Part shown: positions 38,326 through 48,768 of the stretch, piece by piece
How positions within the stretch are numbered: position 1 is the stretch's first letter
Layout: each line of letters starts with the position of its first letter
NCBI GenBank assembly: GCA_963664115.2
Contig: CAXWPJ010000012.1
Coordinates: forward strand, 352,001-416,000
DNA from: Terriglobia bacterium
GTDB lineage: Bacteria > Acidobacteriota > Terriglobia > 20CM-2-55-15
Direction: 5' to 3'
Length of the DNA stretch: 64,000 nucleotides
The notes under the pieces: model-generated
Database searches by the model: none
Told to the model about the DNA's origin: nothing
What the model saw: the letters and a program-made list of their open reading frames with translations, nothing else
Program-made: the position numbers and the translations under genes

Positions 38326-39228
38326 ATGTCTCTGTATCGGTTACTCATAACAGTTGCTTTATGCCTGTTCTCCACCGCCATCGCTTACGGCGCGCAATCT
38401 GAAAACTCTCCGCTCGGAATGATTCTGGGAATCGAAGGCAGTGTGTTTGTCGAGCGGGATGAACTCCAACGCCCGGCATTGTTCGCCGACCTGCTTTTCG
38501 ACGGAGACCGTGTGATCACGGAAGCGGGAGCAGCCACCTTGATTTATTGTCCCTCAACGCAAACCCTGGGACTCGGTAACAACACCGCAGCCCTCCTGGG
38601 CCTGGAATCATTCGTCATTGAGAGTGGAGCGACACCGACGGTGAGCCCGTCACGTGCCTGCATGCTGCCCCAGGTGGCGCTGGGTGCGGAAAGCCTGGAA
38701 CGTGTGGGCGCGTTGACCGTGCGCGGCAACCCTCCGGTTCCACTGTATCTGGGCGGCAAAATATCCGCTCGACGACCCACCTTTCGATGGGCAGCGGTTG
38801 AGAGCGCGGATAGCTATCAGCTGACGCTCAATGATCTAACCGGTACAAAGGTATGGGAATATCAAACGACCGAACTGAACGTGTCCTATCCCCCCTCGCT
38901 CGATCCACTGGGTGACGGCGACTACCTGTGGGAGTTAAGGGCTCAAACCGGCAACAGCACCGCAGCGTTTCAGATCGCTGTGTTCACCCTCGACCCGGCA
39001 GAGCTTCCGACATCGGAGCCCGCCTCGAACAACGCAGAAAGACTGCTGCGCGCGATGGAACTGGAACATTTTGGCTATTACGCCGATGCAGCCGAAGAAC
39101 TGAGCGCCCTGCTGTCGGGCAATCCGTCAGACAAGCCAATCGTCAGCCGGCTCGCATGGCTGTACTCGAACGCAGGGTTGGTTGCGGCCGCGGACGAAGC
39201 CGTCACACGTCTCGACGCCATGCCTTAG
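38326..39228 (+). CDS. Secreted CHAT-associated protein (FecR-like N-terminus, DUF928-like Ig domain, TPR)
   Basis: Signal peptide; LFDGDRVIT, VGALTVRG, RPTFRW, GYYADA; divergent from the CHAT gene. Confidence 0.65.
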   Translation: MSLYRLLITVALCLFSTAIAYGAQSENSPLGMILGIEGSVFVERDELQRPALFADLLFDGDRVITEAGAATLIYCPSTQTLGLGNNTAALLGLESFVIESGATPTVSPSRACMLPQVALGAESLERVGALTVRGNPPVPLYLGGKISARRPTFRWAAVESADSYQLTLNDLTGTKVWEYQTTELNVSYPPSLDPLGDGDYLWELRAQTGNSTAAFQIAVFTLDPAELPTSEPASNNAERLLRAMELEHFGYYADAAEELSALLSGNPSDKPIVSRLAWLYSNAGLVAAADEAVTRLDAMP

Positions 39229-39462
39229 CAACCCACGCCGACACCGAACGCTCAGGACCCGTCGAGCTCAAATGAAAAACTCGAGTCGACTGACGCGACT
39301 GTCCCTGTATTCGGCGATCCGTGGAACGTCCCTGAAAGCGATTGCCGCCCCCAATGACTGCTGATCGTGTGCGCGTGGGGGGGGGAGGCCGTGCTCAATG
39401 GCATGCGGGCTCCCGGCATCGCGACAGTCATTCTGCCCGTCTTTCTGCCCTCATGGGGCCTC

Positions 39463-40455
39463 TCATGGTTCGAGAGAAGCCGTGTACGCAGCGATTGCGA
39501 CAAGGTCTTCCAGCGTCAGATCGTCCACGACATCCTCCATCAGTGCAGACCACGCACCGCGGCGGGCACCGGTCTGGAAGTCGTACAACTGGCGGGCGCT
39601 GTAGCTGGGTGACCGTCCCGCAAGTCCCGGTACGGGACCGAGGCCCTTCAGATCCGGGCCGTGACAGACACCGCACCGAGTCGTCCGGCCTTCGCCCCCC
39701 GTGGTCACCAGCGCTTCACCCCGACCGAGGCTGCCCACCGGCAAATAGGCAACGAATCCCGAAGCGTCATCCCTCAACTCGGTTCTCCCGAGATCCTCCG
39801 GGATCTCGACGATCCGGTTTCCGATAGCCTCCCTACCCCCGCCCTCTTCCGCCGCGTACATCGCGCCCGCGATGAACGTTTCAGGCACGGTATCGGTCTC
39901 CACGACACGTATCCATGGCTTGAAGGGGAAGCTGGAAAAATATTCAGCTGCCGCGGCGACCTCGTCATCTTCAGCATTTTCTCCAATCGCCAGCATCGCC
40001 CTGGGCGGCCCCATTCGGGGTTCGGAACTCCGCCGAAGCCCGGCCTTGTAGTCGGCCATCTGCTGCACGATGTAGGCCGCCGGAAGACCGGCAATGCCGG
40101 AATTTTCAGGACGTCCCTGTCCGTTGGGCAGGTGACAATAGCCGCAGGCGCGGACTGCCGGGCTGCGTCCGTTTGACACAATCTGGGGCATCGCGGGATG
40201 TCCGTCGGGATGCCAATCGGGCGGATTGAACAGGTCACGTGTTTCGGTCAACGAGAACGTTATCGCACTCCCAGGAACACGCCGGGGCACACCGTCGTCT
40301 GCGGCGCGTTGCCCTCCGCCTGGATTGACCGGATAGGCCCAGGCCGGCGGCAACGCTCCGGCACGAGGAGTTTCCTCTTGTCGGGGCGCCGCCGGGAGCC
40401 CAACCGTCACGGCAAACCCTATGGAAACTGCAATGATGCCCAGATAAGTTTTCAC
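39463..40455 (-). CDS. Di-heme c-type cytochrome (c4/c553-like)
   Basis: CGYCH and CGVCH, distal Met candidates, signal peptide; AAGGAGG RBS before GTG. Confidence 0.9.
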   Translation of the reverse strand: MKTYLGIIAVSIGFAVTVGLPAAPRQEETPRAGALPPAWAYPVNPGGGQRAADDGVPRRVPGSAITFSLTETRDLFNPPDWHPDGHPAMPQIVSNGRSPAVRACGYCHLPNGQGRPENSGIAGLPAAYIVQQMADYKAGLRRSSEPRMGPPRAMLAIGENAEDDEVAAAAEYFSSFPFKPWIRVVETDTVPETFIAGAMYAAEEGGGREAIGNRIVEIPEDLGRTELRDDASGFVAYLPVGSLGRGEALVTTGGEGRTTRCGVCHGPDLKGLGPVPGLAGRSPSYSARQLYDFQTGARRGAWSALMEDVVDDLTLEDLVAIAAYTASLEP

Positions 40456-40843
40456 TGGTTCCTCCTTGCGATCTGCAAGATTAGAGACGCGCCGAACAGG
40501 GCTCTTTATATACACCCGGGAAGCCTTACACGCAATCGGCATCCGCTGTGGCAAGCCGTTCGCTCGATAGCGTTTGCTGTTGCGGAACCATTCCCGGTGA
40601 ACCATCATAAGCGTCTTACCCATTACGTCCTATCCATCTACCAGAGGAGACCGCCATGCGTCGTCCACACTCACGCTATGCATTATCCGGCCTGATTACT
40701 GACCTGCCTGCCAGGAACGCCACAGCCGGAAACACGCTCGACGCCCTCATTCCCGGCGAACGCGGGGTCGACCTCGTCCGGAAAACGGGCGGTCCAGTGT
40801 TCGTTCGAGACGCGACTCCAGCCGCATCGGCGCGAAATCACGC

Positions 40844-42139
40844 ATGGTAGCGACAACACGTGAAGGACTGGTTCGGGTCCTCCGGAAATGGGACCTTGAG
40901 GCCATAGTGCTGAACTCCATCATCGGCGCGGGGATATTCGGCCTGCCCTCTGTTGTGTTTGCACTGGCCGGTGTTTATAGCCTCGTAGCGTTTGTTTTCT
41001 GTGCCTTCCTTGTCACCCTGATCATCCTCTGTTTTGCCGAAGTCAGCAGCCGATACAGCGAAACCGGTGGCCCGTATCTATACGCGCGGGAGGCTTTCGG
41101 CCCGGTGGTCGGGTTTGAAGTCGGTTGGCTGATGTGGATCGCGCGTGTTACGGCTTTCGCAGCCAACTGCAATCTTCTCATCGCCTATTTCGGCTTCTTT
41201 GTTCCATCCGTCGAGGCCGGCGCCGCACGCGCGGTCACCGTTACCGTGATCGTCGCCGCGCTCACAACCATCAACGTCATCGGCATCCGCAACGCCACCC
41301 TACTCACCAATGGGTTGACAATAGCGAAACTGCTACCGTTGGTTTTGTTTGTGGTGGTCGGATTCTTCTTCATCGACACCAGCCGCTACGACCTCACCGC
41401 TGGGCCGATCTTTGAAGATTTCTCGGTTTCCGTGTTGTTGCTCGTCTATGCGTTCACCGGGTTCGAGATGGCGGCGATACCGGGTGGTGAGGCTCAGAAC
41501 CCAAGGCGAGACCTTCCCTGGGCCCTGCTAATGGCCATCGGCGTGGTGACCGTGTTTTATTTCCTGATCCAGTTTATCGCGATTGGAACGCTTCCCGGGT
41601 TAGCTGAATCGACGCGGCCACTGGCCGATGCCGGTGGACGCTTTCTGGGGTCAATGGGTGCCGCGATCATTTCAGCCGGGGCTTTGCTTTCTATTCTTGG
41701 GAACCTGAACGTGACGCTGATGGTAACGCCGCGTCTACCCTTTGCCATGGCCGAGCGGCGGGAACTGCCCCGGTGGATCGGTGCTACACACGCACGCTTT
41801 CACACACCGCACATCGCCATCTACTTAACGGGATTGGTGGTCCTCGTTCTGACGCTGACAGGAACCTTCGTCTATGCCGCAACGATCAGCGTGATTGCAC
41901 GATTGCTGAGCTATGGGGCAACCTGCGCGGCGCTGCCAGTGCTTCGGGGCCGGGAGGACTCTCCCCGGGCAGAATTCATTGCTCCCTTCGGAGTTGCCGT
42001 TTCCATCCTTTCCCTGGTACTGGTGGCCTGGTTACTAACCCAGAGCACAGCCGTACAGGCCCGCGACACGGCCATTGCCGCCGCGATCGGGCTCCTGATC
42101 TATTTTCTCCCGAGGCACAAGACTCCCCGAACGGGGTAG
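40844..42139 (+). CDS. APC family amino acid permease
   Basis: IIGAGIFGLP, GGPYLY, YAFTGFE, multiple TM helices. Confidence 0.93.
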   Translation: MVATTREGLVRVLRKWDLEAIVLNSIIGAGIFGLPSVVFALAGVYSLVAFVFCAFLVTLIILCFAEVSSRYSETGGPYLYAREAFGPVVGFEVGWLMWIARVTAFAANCNLLIAYFGFFVPSVEAGAARAVTVTVIVAALTTINVIGIRNATLLTNGLTIAKLLPLVLFVVVGFFFIDTSRYDLTAGPIFEDFSVSVLLLVYAFTGFEMAAIPGGEAQNPRRDLPWALLMAIGVVTVFYFLIQFIAIGTLPGLAESTRPLADAGGRFLGSMGAAIISAGALLSILGNLNVTLMVTPRLPFAMAERRELPRWIGATHARFHTPHIAIYLTGLVVLVLTLTGTFVYAATISVIARLLSYGATCAALPVLRGREDSPRAEFIAPFGVAVSILSLVLVAWLLTQSTAVQARDTAIAAAIGLLIYFLPRHKTPRTG

Positions 42140-42155
42140 AAATCAACTGAGGTTG

Positions 42156-43385
42156 TTAAGGCGTCGGGACGAATTTTTGGATTCGCGTGTTGGGAGCCAC
42201 CTCGGTGACATACAAGTTTCCCTGCGAATCGAATGCCATATATTCGATCTGGTCGAACTGGCCGGCCTGATGCCCTTTGTGGCCGATCGAGCCGACTTCC
42301 GTGCCATCTTCGCGGTTAAGAATCCAGATCTTACCGTTGGCCGCGTCGGCAACGAAGAGATATCGTTGCTCCGGATCTGGAGAAAACGCCGTGGACCATG
42401 CCGTGCCGTTCCCCAGTGTCTCGGGACGAATGAGAAACTCCTCGACGAACATGCCTTCTTTGGTAAACACCTGAACCCGGTTCCCTCCGCGGTCGCTCAC
42501 GTAGACGAATCCGTCAACCGAAATATCGACGTTCATGACCGGACCTCGGAACTGCCGCGCCGGAACTGCCGGATCATAGGGCGGGGATGGGCCATTGTCG
42601 ATCTCACTCAAGGGGATCCCGTAGGCGCCCCAGCCGCGCTTGAATGCTCCCGTGTTCGAGTCGTACACAACGACCCTCCGGTTCATGTAGCCGTCGGCGA
42701 CATAGAGTTCACCGGCTTCGTCGTCGACGAAGATCTCGGAAGGCGCACCCAGCATCGTCGTGTCCTGGTTATTGACGGGATCGTTTGAAGGTTGGCCTAT
42801 CGTCAGGAGAAGTTCCTTGTCTGGAGAAAATTTCAGAACGTGACGATCGCTGTGCAAGATGGCCGGCGGTGGAATCGGGGCTGTGAGCAGTCCGTTATTG
42901 GGGCCGAATCGGTAGTTGCCTCCGAGCCAGAAGTTCCCGGCTGCATCGATGAAAAGACCATGCTCAAGAGTCGGCCAGTTGGGCACGTACTCCGGCCCGC
43001 CCCAGGAGCTGAGCAGGTTGCCCTCGCTATCGAATTCCACCACGGACGGTGCCGGAATACAGCATTCGCTGATCGGGGGTGTCTGTGCTGCTCCGGCGTC
43101 CGCCATCGAGACCTGCCTCGGCCGATTGATAATCCATATATGATCGTCTGCGTCCACATGAAGTCCGGTGCTGTTCCAGAGAATCCAGTTATTGGGCAAT
43201 TCCTTAGGCCAGGACGCATCCACCTGGTAACTCAGCACATCGGGTTCTGCGGTCTCGGCGGCTGTTTCTTCCACGGGTGCCGTGGCGCAGGCGGACACAA
43301 CAAGAAAACAAAAGACGATGACCCCGGGAAACGCGCTTATCTTCATTGTGAACGTTGTTGAAACAGGCATTCGATTGTCCTCCAC
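42156..43385 (-). CDS. NHL-repeat PAL-like (peptidyl-alpha-hydroxyglycine lyase family) protein, probable lipoprotein
   Basis: VSAC lipobox; VDASWPK, EHGLFID, YVADGY, SDRGGNRVQ. Confidence 0.82.
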   Translation of the reverse strand: MEDNRMPVSTTFTMKISAFPGVIVFCFLVVSACATAPVEETAAETAEPDVLSYQVDASWPKELPNNWILWNSTGLHVDADDHIWIINRPRQVSMADAGAAQTPPISECCIPAPSVVEFDSEGNLLSSWGGPEYVPNWPTLEHGLFIDAAGNFWLGGNYRFGPNNGLLTAPIPPPAILHSDRHVLKFSPDKELLLTIGQPSNDPVNNQDTTMLGAPSEIFVDDEAGELYVADGYMNRRVVVYDSNTGAFKRGWGAYGIPLSEIDNGPSPPYDPAVPARQFRGPVMNVDISVDGFVYVSDRGGNRVQVFTKEGMFVEEFLIRPETLGNGTAWSTAFSPDPEQRYLFVADAANGKIWILNREDGTEVGSIGHKGHQAGQFDQIEYMAFDSQGNLYVTEVAPNTRIQKFVPTP

Positions 43386-43511
43386 CGAAATCAGACTCAG
43401 TATCGTTAATGTCTGGAATGCCCGTCAGGATACGCCCAACAAGCGGAGGCTGCAAGATTATTACCGGCACTTGATCGTCGACTCATTGCGCCCCACACAG
43501 ATGTGGGGCAC

Positions 43512-45734
43512 TCAGAATCGATGCGTGTATGAAAGCTTCGCAACCCCCTGGCGGTCGAGAGTGCGCAGTTCGAGAAAATCGTCCTCCCAGTTGTGCACAT
43601 AGACGAAAAAGAGGTCGTTGCCGGGCTGGAGGATCCAACGAAAGCGCGTCTGCCAGCCGAGAACCCGGCTGCGGGTGTCGTATTGAATATTGTTGTTCAG
43701 CGAGATCCAGGGGTTGAACTGGGTGTCGACGCTGGCTCGAACGACGCTGGTCGTAAAGCGGCCTTCGTCCAGGTCGACGCGATTCCATTCGCCGGTCAGG
43801 CCCAGCAGCACGCCGTTGCGGGGACGCAGGTCCAAACCTGCCGTGAACTCGCGACGGTTTCCGGAAAAGAAACTGCCGACCTCGTATGTCGAGTTGAACG
43901 CAATCGGTCGTTGGCTGGCGGTGCGAAGATCGAATACGTATCGGGTGAAGTGATAGGCCGCGCCTTTGGGGAGGACGATGTCGGGATGGATTTCGAAATC
44001 GTTCGCAAGCCGCTCGAAGCTCGGATGGATGTTGACACGGAAACTGTCACCCGAATGCAGTTCGATGGAAAACGCCGAGACGTTCTGCAAATAGGAAAGA
44101 AGCTCGTTCTCGAAGCTTGAGATCCATTCTCCATCCCAGCCGAAACGGAAGCGCCGGATCCAGGGGTGCCCGGTCGGACGCGGCGCGTAAGTCAGTCCCG
44201 GACTAAAGCGGCGCATGTTCACCCGTGGTATAAAACCGACGGCAGGGTCGTGGTCTTCACCAAACTCCCTGTAAGAGACTATGGAGCTCCAGGGGTCGTT
44301 GGGGTAGGCCAGCCGCACTCCAAACGCATGTCCTCCAAGGTGGCCCCGCGGACGACCCGGGTTGTTGTTCCAGGCCCAGTAACCCCAGAGGTTGAGGTTG
44401 TCGGAACCGCGAAACTCGGATGTGTTCAGCGCAAAATCGAGGCCTACGGTATGCCGGTCCGCTTGATCGCCTTCCCGCTCCGAACGCCGGGTGTAAATCA
44501 TGCCGACATAGCTCTGGGTGAATACCTGCCGGCGGGTCCGCAACACAGTGAAATCCGCGCCGGCAACACCCGGCTCTGTTGCGGTTTGCATCTGCAGGAA
44601 CCCGATATCATTGGATCCTACCTGGCCGGTCAACTTGGCGCCGAAGTTGATCGCTTGAGGTGCGCCCGCGTCGGTGCGACCGATTCTGCGGCTGAAAAAT
44701 GATTCCAGACGCCCCACGGCAAAGTCGAAAAAGCTGGCGCCTTCGAGAAAAAAATCGCGTTGCTCCGGGAAACGCAGCGGAAACCGCGTCAGGTTGACGC
44801 GACGCCGGTCCACTTCGGTTTCGGCGAAGTCCGTGTTTATGGTGAAGTTCGCCCGCAGGCTGGGGGTCAGGTTGTAGAAGAAATCCGCGCCCACGTCGGT
44901 GTTCCCCTTCGTAGCCGGAAGCCCGCGACCCGGCGACTGGCTCAATCCGGAGACAATATAAGGTCTGACGTCCAGGCCAACACCCTGGCTGATCTCCCTC
45001 AGGCCCTCCAGCCGACCCGCGTTCGACATGCGAGTCAGGCTCTGGTTGCGGGCATAACCCATCCACAGGCTTTCTTCGTTCTTGCGCCGGACGGTGCGCT
45101 GAAAATTGATGCCCCAGGCCGCGGCGTTGGGGTTGAAGTTGAGCGTGCGGAACGGTATTTCGATTTCAATAGTCCATCCGATCTCGCTCTGCTCGACCCG
45201 CGCATTCCATATGCCGTCCCAGGATCGGTTCACACTGATATTTGTTCCACCGGCCACAGGATTAACCAGACCGTCTCCCATGGCGCCGGATGGATTGATC
45301 TCGAAGTAGTAACCGCTGCGACCGTCCAGGTAGGGATCGATGACAAACATGAAACGATCGTCCCCGGCAAATGCCGCATCCCGCATCATCTGGTTTCCGA
45401 GAAGGCCGTCCGGATCGGAGTCGTAACAGATGACGCTGACAAAAATGCGGTTGCGATCGTAAACGACACGGACTTCGGTTTGTTCCGTCGCCGGCTCTCC
45501 GTTGAGAGGATCCAGCTGTATGAAATCTGTGGCGGGAACAGCCCGCCCCCAGGCCGCTTCTTCCAATTCCCCGTCCAGAGTGATGGACTCCGTCTCTGTC
45601 AGGCGAACCGCGGTGAAGGTCCGTTGTTCAAGGGAGGTTTCCTGAACGCGCTCCATGCCCAATGCCATGGCTGTTGACGATAATCCTGCAACAACTGACA
45701 TGAGCAGCCGAACGCGGAAGTCTCTCATTCCCAC
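43512..45734 (-). CDS. CBM9-like/DUF5916 outer-membrane protein
   Basis: ITLDGELEEAAW, IPFRTL, WGINFQR, NTDFAETEVD, FPEQRDFFLEG, C-terminal YTHRF. Confidence 0.88.
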   Translation of the reverse strand: MGMRDFRVRLLMSVVAGLSSTAMALGMERVQETSLEQRTFTAVRLTETESITLDGELEEAAWGRAVPATDFIQLDPLNGEPATEQTEVRVVYDRNRIFVSVICYDSDPDGLLGNQMMRDAAFAGDDRFMFVIDPYLDGRSGYYFEINPSGAMGDGLVNPVAGGTNISVNRSWDGIWNARVEQSEIGWTIEIEIPFRTLNFNPNAAAWGINFQRTVRRKNEESLWMGYARNQSLTRMSNAGRLEGLREISQGVGLDVRPYIVSGLSQSPGRGLPATKGNTDVGADFFYNLTPSLRANFTINTDFAETEVDRRRVNLTRFPLRFPEQRDFFLEGASFFDFAVGRLESFFSRRIGRTDAGAPQAINFGAKLTGQVGSNDIGFLQMQTATEPGVAGADFTVLRTRRQVFTQSYVGMIYTRRSEREGDQADRHTVGLDFALNTSEFRGSDNLNLWGYWAWNNNPGRPRGHLGGHAFGVRLAYPNDPWSSIVSYREFGEDHDPAVGFIPRVNMRRFSPGLTYAPRPTGHPWIRRFRFGWDGEWISSFENELLSYLQNVSAFSIELHSGDSFRVNIHPSFERLANDFEIHPDIVLPKGAAYHFTRYVFDLRTASQRPIAFNSTYEVGSFFSGNRREFTAGLDLRPRNGVLLGLTGEWNRVDLDEGRFTTSVVRASVDTQFNPWISLNNNIQYDTRSRVLGWQTRFRWILQPGNDLFFVYVHNWEDDFLELRTLDRQGVAKLSYTHRF

Positions 45735-46058
45735 GAGTATCCCGTAAAATGAGGTTCAAGCGCCAGCGCACGGAGGTATCCCCACCGCGGTGCGGATGGG
45801 TGCACTCGAGCAAGAAAGCCCCAAGGCTTGGAGGCCTTCTTGCGAGCCTGCGGCGGTCACCGGGTCCGGGTCAACCGGGACAGTCCTCGGTACCGTCGAC
45901 CGTGTTTAAGTTGAAATTGCCGACGACGCCATCGGTATCTATTTGGCAGGTGAGCGGTGCGTTGTATCTCCGGGCATCCCTTCTTCTATATCAGTTTTCT
46001 AGATTAAGGCGCGAGATCCGATCGTCGCCCACACACCCGCCGCGTTCATAGCTTACCC

Positions 46059-47831
46059 TCACGGCGCTTCCGGCAGGGCAAAGGCATAAATTTCGTTATG
46101 ACCGCGAACCGTCTCCACGCCGGCCAGCTCTGCCGGCCCTCGCGTCCCGGAGGCGCCATCCCCCGTCAGGACGGCGACATATTGACGACCGTCCACGGCA
46201 TACGTGATCGTGCTGGTTTGGATAATGCCCCCGAGCACGGCTTCCCAAAGGATTTCGCCGTTGTCTGAATCGAAAGCGCGGAACCGTCGCGCCAGATCGC
46301 CCCAGAAAAGAAGGTCACCGCCCGTGACCAGAGCTGAACCATTGCCGGGAACCGGCTGCGTGTAGATCCGCTCCATTTCGCCCGTAGCAAGATCCACTTT
46401 GGCCATTCCCATAAATTCATCCGGATTGGAACCGGGTCGGACAACGCCGACCCTGGGGCCCCAACCACTTGGGTTATCCGCATTCGCTGTCATGTCCAGG
46501 CAGGAATCGTGAAACGGAATATAAAGCGCGTTTCTGCCGGGGTCATAGGCCGTGGACCAGTAACTTCTGGTGTTGTGGAAGCAGGTGAGGTGTCTTTCTC
46601 CATCCTCGAGGAACACATTGTCCCAATTGATGTGGGTGCGACCCGTTTCAACGTCGATATCGGAAATATTAAATTCTGGCACGTCGTAGGGGAACGGCAT
46701 GGCCCAGAGAAACTCGCCCGTCGCGCGGTCGATGATCCAAATGCCTCCACCCTCTCCAACGGCTACGACGGCATCCCGCTCTTCGCCTCGTGGTATCCCC
46801 GGGTTGATCCATTTCACGGCTGCGGGGTCGGGATCGAAGCGCGTCGTGATCAACGTGCGCTCGTGCAAATGGTCGGCGTCCCAGTCGTCGCCCGGAAGAT
46901 GCTGGTAATACCAGGCCAGCTCGCCGGTCTCGACGTCAATTGCCACCGTTGAATTACTGTAAAGATCGGCGGGCGCTGTCCGTGGCGTCCCGTCCGCGCT
47001 GCCATGGCGGGTCAACCGTGTATAAGGTTTCGGATTCGCAATTCCCCAAAAGGTGAGCTTTCTCTCCGGATCGTAAGACCCGGGCAGTCCCCAGGAACTC
47101 GCGACGCGGTCTTCGACGGGAACCTCACCCCAGGAGTCGCCACCGGGCGTTCCCGGCGCGGCCGTGTTGTAGAACTTCCAAACTTCTTCTCCGGTCAGTG
47201 CGTCATGCGCGACGATGAAGCAGCCGCCGCGCTCGGAACATGTGCGATTCGTAATCACCTTCCCGTCAGCAACGAGGACACCCCCGGTATGTCGCGTATT
47301 GCTGTCCAGCTCAAAAACCTGGGTTTCCCAGCGCACCTGGCCTGTGCGCACATCGAGCGCCACCAAATACCCGTCCGGTGCAGGATAGAAAACCAGATCG
47401 CTGTAGATGGCGATATTCTTCGTCCGAACGTTGACATAGTCCACAGCTTCGTCGGGCACTTCGCGCCAATATTCCCAGATTAGATCACCGCTCGTGGCAT
47501 CAAGCGCAAGGATTCCCGCGCCCGGGGCAACCAGATACATGATCCCGTCATAGACGATGGGCGTTGTTTCCTGCGCGCCACGGGGCAAGCCCCGCGACCA
47601 GGCCATGGCGAGTTGACCGACATTGTCCCGATTGATCTCGTCGAGCGGACTGAAGCGTTGCTCGTCAAAAGTGCGGTTGATCATCAGCCAGTCGGCCGGG
47701 TCGGGATTCAGAAGCATTGCATCGGTAACGGGCGTGTATTCGGGTTCTTGCGCGAATACCGGATACGCGATCAGGTTCAACAATACCGCAGCGCTTATTA
47801 GAACTGCCGCCCACTCCGCTTTAGTCTTCAT
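46059..47831 (-). CDS. PQQ-dependent dehydrogenase (beta-propeller)
   Basis: DWLM..R..QRFSPLDEIN..NV, QETTPIV, WYYQH..DDWDAD, ITYAVDGRQYVAV; signal peptide. Confidence 0.9.
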   Translation of the reverse strand: MKTKAEWAAVLISAAVLLNLIAYPVFAQEPEYTPVTDAMLLNPDPADWLMINRTFDEQRFSPLDEINRDNVGQLAMAWSRGLPRGAQETTPIVYDGIMYLVAPGAGILALDATSGDLIWEYWREVPDEAVDYVNVRTKNIAIYSDLVFYPAPDGYLVALDVRTGQVRWETQVFELDSNTRHTGGVLVADGKVITNRTCSERGGCFIVAHDALTGEEVWKFYNTAAPGTPGGDSWGEVPVEDRVASSWGLPGSYDPERKLTFWGIANPKPYTRLTRHGSADGTPRTAPADLYSNSTVAIDVETGELAWYYQHLPGDDWDADHLHERTLITTRFDPDPAAVKWINPGIPRGEERDAVVAVGEGGGIWIIDRATGEFLWAMPFPYDVPEFNISDIDVETGRTHINWDNVFLEDGERHLTCFHNTRSYWSTAYDPGRNALYIPFHDSCLDMTANADNPSGWGPRVGVVRPGSNPDEFMGMAKVDLATGEMERIYTQPVPGNGSALVTGGDLLFWGDLARRFRAFDSDNGEILWEAVLGGIIQTSTITYAVDGRQYVAVLTGDGASGTRGPAELAGVETVRGHNEIYAFALPEAP

Positions 47832-48199
47832 TACGATTCCTCCGGGGTCTTTCGACAGCTGTCGGACCGGGTCGAACACAGTGTTTTCAGCGTGACATGG
47901 GATGTCTATTCTCAAGCCCATGCGCGTGGATTCTGCACCCGAGATGAATTTGTATCGGGAGTATATCGCTGCATCTCGGCACAAACTACCCAAACATTTG
48001 CGAACGGATGTTGGAGATTCAGAGAGAAGCCTGTCAAACAGCCACCTGCTCCTTTCCTGGTGCAAGCGCGCCGGACCAAGAAAGAGGACTCGATGATTCG
48101 TTTCACGCTCTGCCAGGCCGTGATAAGCTCGCTCATGCTGGGACGTGTCGATAAGAAGAGCTGAACCGCAGAAAGCGATCCGGGAAATCCGGGAGGTCA

Positions 48200-48604
48200 G
48201 TGATGCGATGGGTTCTACTGCTGGTATTAGGTTTCGGGGCGTGGGCTCCGTTTGCGTACCCGCACCACTCTATTGCCGGCATGTATAACACGCGCGAAGA
48301 GGTCACGATCGAGGGGATCGTCGCCGAACTCCGATTCCGTAATCCACACCCGTTCCTGATCGTCAACGTCGGAGGTGCAGGTAGCCGGACGCAGTGGATA
48401 CTCGAGATGGATAATCGCCGAGAGATGGCCAGAATCGGTATGACGGACGAAACCTTGAGGCCCGGCGACCGCGTCATCGTCTCCGGCAACCCGTCCCACG
48501 ATGTGTCGCAGCGCATCTACATCCGCAAGCTTGACCGTCCTGCAGACGGCTTTGGATACGAACAGGTCGGCAACAGCCCCCGGATAAACACACGTTCCCG
48601 CTAA
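48200..48604 (+). CDS. DUF6152 family protein (paralog 2)
   Basis: ..FAYP|HHSIA, FRNPH, WILE, LRPGD. Confidence 0.85.
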   Translation: MMRWVLLLVLGFGAWAPFAYPHHSIAGMYNTREEVTIEGIVAELRFRNPHPFLIVNVGGAGSRTQWILEMDNRREMARIGMTDETLRPGDRVIVSGNPSHDVSQRIYIRKLDRPADGFGYEQVGNSPRINTRSR

Positions 48605-48736
48605 TCTTCCCTGAATCTTCGTAACGCCAAGCCGCTTTTCTCGACAGCAGTCGCCGCAGAGCGGCGAAGCGAAACACAGGTCACGAGAACAGTCCAAACC
48701 AAGCGTTACCGGTGAACCCTTTGCGTCTCGATAGCA

Positions 48737-48768
48737 TTGACAATCGCAGTCGTCAAAACTAGACTGCG
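48737..48768 (+). promoter_or_regulatory. Sigma70 promoter with overlapping dyad (candidate operator)
   Basis: TTGACA(48737-42)-N17-TAGACT(48760-65); CGCAGTC-N10-GACTGCG at 48745-48768. Confidence 0.65.

Noticed and set aside
45810-45843. Intergenic hairpin gcaagaaagcc..ggccttcttgc as an ncRNA
   Set aside because: Single imperfect hairpin with no second copy or recognisable motif; insufficient support.
46059-47831. xoxF/mxaF methanol dehydrogenase
   Set aside because: Lacks the vicinal Cys-Cys and is too divergent; no accessory mxa/xox genes.
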